A DNA stretch of 64,000 nucleotides from Octopus vulgaris (Eukaryota). The first letter of the stretch is position 1. Every line of letters begins with the position of its first letter. Positions 54,374 to 64,000 of the stretch are shown piece by piece. The stretch covers positions 34,472,001 to 34,536,000 of the forward strand of contig OX597834.1 in NCBI GenBank assembly GCA_951406725.2, given 5' to 3'. The position numbers and the translations under genes were made by a program. Under the pieces are notes generated by a model. It saw only the letters and a list, made by a program, of their open reading frames with translations. It was not told where the DNA came from and did no database searches.

Positions 54374-55794
54374 CATACATGGTGAAATTCACAAATTCTT
54401 TTGGAAAATTAAAAGAATAATTTCTTATCAAATAAAAGTAAATATGAATTTACTCTTTTCACCTATTCATAGAGTGTATATTTCTGAACAGTGTAGACAA
54501 ATGTATAAATAGTAACCTATGCACTTTGATCAGTTTTAATGTAGCCCAGAAAGAAACCTAATTTTTGCACATCAAAAATGCACACTGATCAGATGCCCTA
54601 GATTTTGGAAAATTCATTCATACAAAATGGAATATTCTTGTAAGCTACACTTAATGAAACTGCAGGCTATATATACTGTATAACAGCCCTGACCTTTGTA
54701 TCCATTTAAATATGTCCCACTTTCAAAAATAGCTTCGTTCTACGATGTTACAAACCACCTGAACTATCTGATACATTTTGCTTACAAATTCCTTGTTTCT
54801 TGACTGATTTGAAACACTGGGCATTTATTTTGAATCTACAATCTCCAGACTTCCTAATGGTGCACTCAAATTTTTTTGACAGAGTTGCACACAGGGAAAT
54901 GACCATGAACATTAGTTGCATTATTATTTGTGTCTATCTTATTGAAACAGAAGGCTAGTATAGACAGTTATGACAATATAATTTTATTCAAATATGGTGA
55001 AACATACTACAGGTTTACTAGGGAAGTTGTTTATGCGCATATTTAAGATTTGAATATATGATTAGCTAATTTGCATATATAATCAAAAATGAATTCTCCT
55101 TTGCACAAGGCACCAGCATACTAAGTTTGATCAGTGTGCTACTTACAAAGCTTGAGATATTTCATTTAGGCATCTCCAGATTTCCCTGAAAATGCACTTT
55201 TAATAGTCAATTGTACAAATATGCAATAAATTATATATTTTATTTAATTTGTAAACTGAAGACTTTTCAAAACTGTGATATCTGACACATTTTTTATTAA
55301 ATTTATATATCATATTTTAAAAATATACTTTAGTCAAATACGTAGACTTGCAAGCTGGATGGTGACGTCAATATTGCCAGTGGCACAAAAAAAGCACCCA
55401 ATACACTCTGTAAAGTGGTTGGTGTTAGGAAGAGCATCTAGCAGTAGAAATCATGCCAAAGCAGACATTGGAGCATGATGCAGTCCTTAGACTCATAGGA
55501 TCCTTGTCAAACTCTCTGACCTGTAGCAGCATGGAACATGGACATTAAATGAAGATGATTTCATAATGTGAAAGAGACTGATTTAGTAGATGAAAATAGC
55601 ATACACTGAATACATAATATCTAAACATGTATGTAATATTTAATCAATGTCTAATTATGTATGCAAATTAGCTAATTATATATACAAATTTCAAATATGC
55701 AAATTAAGCGCAATAATTTTCTTAACTTTTAACATGGTTATATCCTTCAATAAATCTGTTATATGTGTTACTAGAATTGTTGTATTTGTCACAG

Positions 55795-56310
55795 TAACCC
55801 TTAGATTAGCATCACACCCTTAATATATATTTCTAGTTATCAGCATACCATGATTATACATGTCTAATTAGGCAACACACCTTGTATACATGTCTCTAAT
55901 TAATATACTCTGAATACACATGGTGGATTAGCAACGACCTGCATATACATCTCTAATTAGCAACACACTCTTGAATACATATTTCCATCAGCAAACTCCC
56001 TTGAACACATATTTAGTTAGCAATACATATATCTAATTAGCAACATCCTTGAATATACATCTCTAATTAACAACATACCATGAACACATATAACTAAATA
56101 ACAACACATTCTGAATACACATCCCTAATTAGCAACACACTCTGGAAACACATTTCTAATTAGGAACAATTAGGAACTGTTGTACACATCTCCAATTAGC
56201 AACTTTCTGAATACACATCTCTAATACACATTTGTAATTAACAACATACTCTGAATGCACATTTCTAATAAGCAATACACTATGATATATGTCTTTAATT
56301 AGCAACACCC
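55795..56310. repeat. Minisatellite, ~31-bp unit x~15
   Basis: Recurring CTAATTAGCAACACACTCTGAATACACAT. Confidence 0.85.
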
Positions 56311-57729
56311 CATTATTAAATGTCCTGTGTCCACTTGTCTTTCAGATCTCAGTTAAAGCTTTATATACTCTTGACCACTGAATAGAAGAATGCTTAATTT
56401 AACAGCTTGTCTCAAACATCAGTTAAGAGCCACTCCATTGAGAGAGTATAACTAGTATTTTATTTGCTTTAGTTTTTTTTTTTAAACTTGAACCATAATG
56501 AGGCACTACCTTTGAAGCTTTTTAACTTAATCATATCAACCCTAGTACTTCATCTGACTCTTATTTTATTAGTCTCGATTTATGAAATAGCTAAGTCCAC
56601 TTTGATGTAAAGAGAGGTAATTTGGTGAACTAAGTAAACTACACACACAAACATGGTCATGTACAACTATACACATAGAAACCTACACACAAAAACATAT
56701 CCATACATACACACAAACGTACATAAATCAAATAAGGGTTTAGTACTCTTACACTTATCATATTGCAATTGTATTACATTATCTTTATATAGAATTTATT
56801 TATACCTTGACCTTCTAACCAATAACTGGACAAAAGTTTTAGTTGTGGTTATATTATGATGACCAATAAACATGAAGTTTTGTTTCCTGACCATTAACTG
56901 ACCAGTAAATATCCAAACACATTACTATGTACACATACTAAGTACATATAGTTGACCAATATACTATTGGTAAGTTGTGTACATGTTCTTGAGCTCTCTC
57001 TCTACAAATGATTACTAGCTACTAGCCAGTTTAATGCTTATTGACAGATCCCTCAATTTTGGACCCTAAGCAAATGGTCACATTTGCCTCAAAGTGATGC
57101 TAGGATTTGTAGAGAACTGGTATTTTAATTGTATTTCCTGCAGAAACAGAGAACAAACAAATCTTTCCCATTCTAAACAGGATAGGACACCACCACAGGT
57201 TACATTTTCTAGACAATCTGGTACTTATATACCTATACACTTTTGAGATTTTGGTTCTCAACCTGGGGCATGAATACTCCCTTCCACAATAAAAAAAAAT
57301 TTGAGATATAATATAGGACCTGTAATCTGAAATAACTTTAAAATCTGGTTTAAATAGATGGGTTAAAGTATGTCAGAGTGACTCTATGCTTGGTAAGCTA
57401 TGTTCAATATTACCTCATTTCACTATCTATCTGTAAGATCATTTGGGAATGTTACTATGAGAGGCTGGTCTTATCCAGGAAGTGGAAATGTATTTATATC
57501 ACATCCACTTCACACTATAAGGCTGAAATTAAGCAAATATCCCTTCAAAGACCCATGGGGCTTAAAAGACATTTACAGTTACATTACATCTTCACAATTA
57601 TCATCATTGTTGTTATTGCTGTCCTGTTACCATAGATTCGTGAATAAAAGTTCAGCAACAGAACAGATAGATATATAGTGGATATATGGTTGATGAGTGG
57701 CACTTATTCAGCTCAGAATGGAAGACATT

Positions 57730-58300
57730 AATTATAATAAACAGATCAGTTTAAGTTGAGAGCTTTTACAAGAAAAAAAAATCAATAATTCAGTCATGTA
57801 GAGCATCGATGCTATTAACAATATCAGAAGTGTCAATGTAGCTTTGATGCCTGCTAATCTATAAGCTATTAAGAGTGCTTCTATGAAATATTGGTCACTA
57901 AGCTTCAACAGGATTTCCTTCTTTAAAAACCACAAGAACACTTCTGCTTTTGAATTCTTGATTTACCAACTTAAGAAAATCTCTAAAAATAATTTCAGGT
58001 TTTATATAAATTCTATATGGTTCAGTTTTGGAACACAAGGGTCTACTATTCCAGCAATAGAGCTTATATGGACAGACACAATGAGAAATAATGATGTACT
58101 ATGGCAATGCAGTTAGAATACTGCTGGATAACTGCCTGTAAGGTTACAAGTTCAAACTATATCATTTCAAACATTCCATTCATCTCTGAATACAACTAGC
58201 TTTTTTGAAACTACTGCACCTGAGACTACCCTTGACTCTGTGATCAAAACCTGTCATCTTCAGGTGTTCGTATTTAAATACAAACCTTCTGTTATAATTT
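57730..58300 (+). mobile_element. Highly degenerate CR1-like RT fragment
   Basis: AIKSASMKYW...FGTQGSTI resembles the D.SKAFD.VWH...GVPQGS region. Many stops. Confidence 0.45.
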
Positions 58301-58848
58301 CATGTAATACACTTTGTTAAGTTATGTTCCAGTTACCAGCATGATAATGAAAATATTTAAATATTTTGTCAGACCCATCCAAATTAGCAATTATTTTTCA
58401 AAATGAATTAAAAACATACAACTAGTGTATTTTATGAGAAATATGGTTTAAAAAAAAGGCTAAATTTACTCAACTAATGACACCATATATTAAATATAAA
58501 TACCAAATTGAGATGAAAAAAAAAACAGCAACAGATTGGACTACAACCATATATGTAATAATTATGATTGCTCATGAGAATTCATCTATGTTTTACAGTT
58601 ACAGGAGAGCAAGCTGTTGCAATCATGAATGTTGTTTAACCCCAAGCTAGTCCTGACCCAATAGATCTACAATCAAAATTGTTTCTGTTCTGACCATCAT
58701 GTCTTGTTTTTGGGGGGTTTTTTTCAAACATGGGAAATACTTAGGACTATATTATCAAACATATCTTTGTTTTTTTTTTTTAAGAAAGTGAGGTTAAATT
58801 ATGGAGTTCTTAGCTGTTTATTCAAGCAGATCAAACAACTACTTAGCG

Positions 58849-59070
58849 CAGTGGTTCTCAACTAGGGTCCATATAAGATTTTGTTATTAAAATTTATGAG
58901 CAATAAATTCGTTATACTTCTACAATACACAAAATATTTTAACAATTTTTTTAATACAATTCTTAATAATATTTAATTATAAAAATATAATGGGATTTTT
59001 TTTAACATGGGATACAGAGAAAAATAGGAATCAAAGGGGTCTATAAACAAGAAATGGTTGAGAATCAGTG
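58849..59070. mobile_element. hAT-like MITE (same terminal type as 5009-5341)
   Basis: CAGTGGTTCTCAAC...GGTTGAGAATCAGTG. Imperfect 8-bp TSD acttagcg/actaagag. Shares the subterminal GGGTCCAT motif. Confidence 0.75.
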
Positions 59071-59547
59071 ACTAAGAGAATCACTGATTGGTTAAACAAC
59101 AATAATCATAGCACACACACACGTGTGTGTGTATGTGTGTATGCATGGGTATCTGTGTGTGTGTGTGTCTCCACATGCTGACATTGCATGATAATTGCAA
59201 ACAAGTTTCAATATCATACAAGTGATGTCATTCATTTCCAATCTTCCATGAAGTCATGTCCACCTATGGGGGAAATATGACCTAGCTTGAAAACAAGTAA
59301 GTATTGTCAATAACAAAGGCATCTAGCCACGGAAAATCTAATACAATGAATTGCATCAAGCATAGACATGAAATACATACATACACACATACAGACAGAC
59401 AGACAGACAGGAAGGCATAGATACATATTTTTATATATAATTTGAAACTTCAGAGTCTCATTTCTGATTGTCAAATGTCTTGCATAACATGGATAAACTT
59501 TACATAATGTTTTGAGTACTTTACTTCATAAAATCAAATGGTATGTG

Positions 59548-59589
<42 letters not shown>

Positions 59590-59821
59590 GGGGGGGGGTG
59601 TTTATGTATGTACGTGTTTATGTATGTACATGTGTGTGTGTGTACGTGTGTGTGTGTGTGTGTGTGTGTATACACACAAATAAGTCATAACCAACCCAGA
59701 GGCATAACTCCTAACTAAATCCTCTACCCGATTTGTTTCATCATCTTTTCACAGCAACCACAAACCGGATGCATCCTCCACCGCCAAAAATAGAGAGCAG
59801 TCGCCATATTTCATCCCATAT

Positions 59822-59916
59822 TGGCTTAACTCTGATGAGCATAGGGTTATATAATCAGATTGTTACCTAACACTCCATTGCACCCCTAGCACGAAACCGA
59901 TTGGTGAGCTCAGCCA
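59822..59916 (+). ncRNA. Type I hammerhead-ribozyme-like motif (degenerate)
   Basis: Stem I TGGCTTAACT/AGCTCAGCCA (8/10 paired), CTGATGA at 59832-59838, long stem II (TAGGG/CCCTA), GAAA at 59893-59896, stem III CC-GATT-GG. Triplet is GTG instead of GTH. Confidence 0.6.
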
Positions 59917-59999
59917 TGATGGATATATAACATTGTACACTTTAGATAATATATATACACACACACATATATATAAAGAAACTAGACTTTAATGTAGGT

Positions 60000-60760
60000 G
60001 AAGTTAGTGGAGGGAATAGTGGTGCTATTAATCAGCTGAATGTCAATAGTAAATATGAGAGAGTCAGTTCTCACCTATGTTGCATAGTAAGTTGAAAAGC
60101 TTTGATCAACTAAGCTTATCGAATCAATTAGATAATCTGTACTTAGTATGTAGAATGCTCCTGAAAAGTTTTTTCTCAGCCATGTTGTTGATAGGTCAAC
60201 AGGTCACTGTATCCACCACACTACATTAACATTTGCTTCAGTAAATGATAGTTAAGTCGGTGTTAGCATATTTAATGCAAGGAGCATCAAAATAGTGAAC
60301 TTGAAAAAATTATGCAGTGATAAATAAATAACAATAGTCAATGACTAATAATATTTCCATTTGTATACAGACAATAGAATGTGTTTTAGTTTTATTCTGA
60401 GCTCATCAGCAAAATATAGGTTTCAACAGAATGCAGCAATACAAGTAGTAAAAAGAGGAATAAGAAGAGTGGGAGTTGTAGAGGTAATAGCCAGGTTTTG
60501 TTCTAGTGATTCACTGATAACAACAGGAGTGGTCAGCTGTGTAATGTCCAGAGGAAATAATCAAAAAGAACTCATAAGTAAATGGACAACCAATCTGTTC
60601 TCTTTGTTCAGTCACACAAACAGAGTAAATAATGTAAGTATGATAATGTATTGCAGAGTAAATAGATCGGCTATGATTTCTTATTAACAGCAACCTGACT
60701 AATGGGTGTATAATCAGTAGATAATGGATGTATAAATAATAGGCTGGCTGCAGACAATAC
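60000..60760 (-). mobile_element. Highly degenerate LINE RT fragment
   Basis: LYFADELRI (FADD-like) near 60395-60420 in a non-microsatellite stretch. Weak similarity only. Confidence 0.35.
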
Positions 60761-61993
60761 AAACATGTACCAATGATTATAGCTGTTGTTGTTTAGCTCC
60801 AAATCAGTCTGAGTTGTGCAGCTGTATGATCAAATGCAATCCAGCCATGGCAGTCTGCCTTTTTAGGAGGTTTTTTTTTAACTAACTACATTATCCACTG
60901 TATCCTTTCTTTTCTCTGAAATGGTATCAGAGGTGGGATTCACTGTAAAAAAAATACATCTGGTCAGTTAGGATTTCATGTTTGCACTGCTAATCCTTTC
61001 CAAGACTGCTATGAGGACCCATGGAATTGGTCCACAACTTGAGTTTCTGAAATATCCAATGAAGGAGAGATTGATTTGTCTTTGGGCAAAAATCTCAACT
61101 ACTATTGCAGTAAGCTTTTCCTAAAAGAAGAATTAAATTTAGCATTGTAAGTCTACAAATTACAGCCCTGTTGATCAATTGTTGTTTATAGAACAGAATG
61201 GGGAATTACATCTGCACATAAAGAAATAGAGTGGAGAACAAAGGCAGTTGAGTAAGCCTGGAATCTCTAATAAACAAACTAACATATGTTTGAGTCACCA
61301 AGGAAAAGGAACACCACTGTGTATTTTTCCAGTGCTGTTTTTATCATGATACAAATGGTACAGGTAAACTTGAGCTCTAAGCAAATAATGTGCTTACATT
61401 GTTTGCTGGCATTTAATGTTAAACACATAAGCTGAAAAAAAAATCAGAATATATTTATCACAGTTGTGAGTCTGACTAGGAGGATAGCCTTGAAGAAAAC
61501 TCAATTTTAATCTATTAAATCACATCTGGCACTTGTGATTTGACTGTTAGACATTACAAAATGTTCAAGGGAGCATCACTGTTGAACTAATTTTAATATA
61601 CATCTACTATAATACATAACAAGTTAACTTTAATATGGTCTGGGATAGGGGTCAGTCTTTAAAACATTTTTTTTACACTGTTAATTTTTTATCATAGAGC
61701 TGGTCCTCAACTCTGTTTTTTGAATAAAAGACTATAATGTTACTAGCCAAAGCCCCATCATCTCCTGCAGAAGATGAACCAATATTCACTAAGCAGTACA
61801 TGAAGTTTACCAAAGAAATTCATGTACCAAAAATAACCTACATGGTTTATATTATGTGTCAAGAAATGTTTCATGTTAAATATTGTTCTTTTTAACAAAT
61901 ATGATTTCAAAATATAATTTCTTCTGTTTTAATAAGGAACCCAGTTGTTTAACTCTAAGTTGGCTTTAATCCAGCATATCTATGATAAAAAGT

Positions 61994-62372
61994 GGGGGAA
62001 ACACTCCATCGGTTACGACAACGAGGGTTCCGGTTGATCCGATCAACGGAACAGCCTGCTCGTGAAATTAACGCGTAAGTGGCTGAGCACTCCACAGACA
62101 CGTGTACCCTTAGCGTAATTCTCGGGGATATTCAGCATGACACAGAGAGTGACAAGGCCGGCCTTTTGAAATACAACAGAAACAGGAAGTAAGAGTGAGA
62201 GAAAGTTGTGGTGAAAGAGTACAGCAGGGAACACCACCATCCCTGCCGGAGCCTCATGGAGCTTTAGGTGTTTTTGCTCAATAAACACTCACAACGCCCG
62301 GTCTAGGAATCGAAACCGCGATCCTACGACCGCGAGTCAGCTGCCCTAACCACTGGGCCATTGCGCCTCCAC
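61994..62372 (-). mobile_element. Young tRNA-derived SINE (octopus OR-like) with 10-bp TSD
   Basis: Head GGAGGCGCAATGGCCCAGTGGTTAGG (A box)...GGTTTCGATTCC (B box). Perfect TSD gataaaaagt at 61984-61993 and 62373-62382. CpGs retained. Confidence 0.9.
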
Positions 62373-63037
62373 GATAAAAAGTATTCTAGCTATGACCAAC
62401 CTATAATTTTACAAACAATGTAACTAGGACCATATTATTTAATATGTTCTTTCCTTTTAAGACCACAGAACATTATTTGGAAAGTGGTTATGTCTAGATG
62501 ATCAAGTGATCATATCGAGTCTCACTTGTGTTAAGATTGAAAGGAATCCACTTGGTTTAGCTGACTGCTGCCTCTCTCTATCTTTATATTCTGGCAACAA
62601 AATCGGTTATATTCTATCAAAACAGAATGTATAAGATCACCTACACAGTTATCAATATATTACTGGTATCTATTTTATTATTTCCCAAGAGACAGGAAGT
62701 AAAGTCAAACCCTGCAGGATTTGAAAATCAGGACATAAAAGGATGTACCTAAATATGGTCGGACATAAAATCCAATGCCCTCCTACATCACACACTCTAT
62801 AACCCGTGCCAATGGGTGAGCATTTATGTGGTCACTCAACCTGCTAGAAATATCAGTCAAATTTACCTCAATCACATTCCAGTCTTAAAAATGGGAAGAT
62901 TGCATTAATATAGTCCAAGAAAAACCTAAAAGAAGGAATGGCCATCCATGGTCATATAGATTTTGATCACAGGTGCACCTGATATAATAACAAATAATAA
63001 TATATATAATAATTTTAAAAGGAAACATTTTGCTTAC

Positions 63038-63133
63038 CTATGTTGCTGCTGAAATTTCCATAATTTAGTATATACATCAAAAGTCCTACCAAAGTAGGAC
63101 TGCCATTGTTTATGGCCATACTGAGGCAAATCT
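63038..63133 (-). CDS. SCAI: SCAI (suppressor of cancer cell invasion) internal coding exon, 96 nt, phase 2/2
   Basis: Minus strand reads ttttcag|A GAT TTG CCT CAG TAT GGC...CAA CAT AG|gtaagc and translates (R)DLPQYGHKQWQSYFGRTFDVYTKLWKFQQQH(R). I recognise this as the highly conserved N-terminal SCAI segment. Canonical AG/GT sites and a pyrimidine tract are present. Confidence 0.96.
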
Positions 63134-63217
63134 CTGAAAAAGAAAAACAAGCAATGAAAAAATATATACACAAAAAAATAAGATAAAAGATTTCTTACAT
63201 AGCTACAAGGTCAAAGA

Positions 63218-63281
<64 letters not shown>

Positions 63282-63322
63282 GCAATAGCAATAATAATAA
63301 TAATAATGATGATGATGATGAT
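63218..63322. repeat. (AAT)n/(GAT)n microsatellite ~85 nt upstream of the SCAI acceptor
   Basis: Direct reading. Confidence 0.95.
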
Positions 63323-63474
63323 TTCAAAATTTGGCACAAAGCCAGCAAGTTCTGGGGAGGGAGTAAATCAATTACACTGACCCCAGTGCTCAACTGGTAC
63401 TTATTTTATTGACCCCAAAAGGATGAAAGGCAAAGTCAACCCCAGCAGATACTGAACTCAGAACGTAAAGTAAC

Positions 63475-63543
<69 letters not shown>

Positions 63544-63870
63544 TCTTTTTAATTTTGGCACAAGTCCAACAATTTTGAAGGAGAAGGTATGATGATTACA
63601 TCAACTCCTAATACTTAAGTGGTAATTTATTTTATCAACCTGAAAGGATGAAAGGTAAAGTTAACTTTGGCAACATTTGAATACAGAACATAATAATAAT
63701 GGTGATAATATTTTGAAGGAAAGGGGTTAGTCAATACCATCAACCTCAGTACTAGACTGGTACTTAATTTTATCGACCCTGGAGAGAGGAAAGACGAAAT
63801 TTATCTCAGTGGGATTTAAACTAAGAGTATAAAGAACTGGAAGAAGTATTGAAAAGAATTTTGTCCAATA
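63322..63870 (-). mobile_element. Three tandem truncated copies of the same Meta-like SINE separated by (AAT)n
   Basis: TGGTACTTATTTTATCGACCC..AAGGATGAAAGG.AAAGT repeated at ~63395, ~63620 and ~63758. Confidence 0.75.
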
Positions 63871-64000
63871 TATAAAAAAGTGAAGTTTATAGTCTGAAAA
63901 ATTGGTTGCTTGCAAAATTAATGTGTTATATGAAATATATGTGACCTAAACAATGATTCCCAAACCAACCCTCACCCAAACATAAGTGAGAGTTTTGTTC

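Noticed and set aside
62290-62372. tRNA-like sequence
   Set aside because: It is the head of a SINE with body and TSD; no complete cloverleaf acceptor stem.

Overview
AT-rich, microsatellite-laden eukaryotic DNA. The SINE families and repeat landscape look like an octopus (coleoid cephalopod) genome; this is inferred from recognition, not from a database search. The only host coding sequence I can support is two small minus-strand exons of SCAI (63038-63133 and 18397-18483). They join in frame across a 44,554-bp GT-AG intron, and the next intron appears to run off the left end of the window, so almost everything here is intronic. The introns contain many decayed mobile elements: two dead DD37D (maT) Tc1/mariner transposons and a related MITE, hAT- and piggyBac-type MITEs, a clean non-autonomous Helitron, RTE, CR1-like, R4/Dong-like and CRE-like LINE remnants, several tRNA-derived SINE families, and mini/microsatellites. 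The most unusual signals are three hammerhead-ribozyme-like motifs, one of them a minimal form in the sense of the SCAI pre-mRNA. There are also several fold-back or pre-miRNA-like hairpins that could form dsRNA in the intron. Almost all ORFs in the supplied track are microsatellite artefacts. I see no CRISPR array or prokaryotic system.
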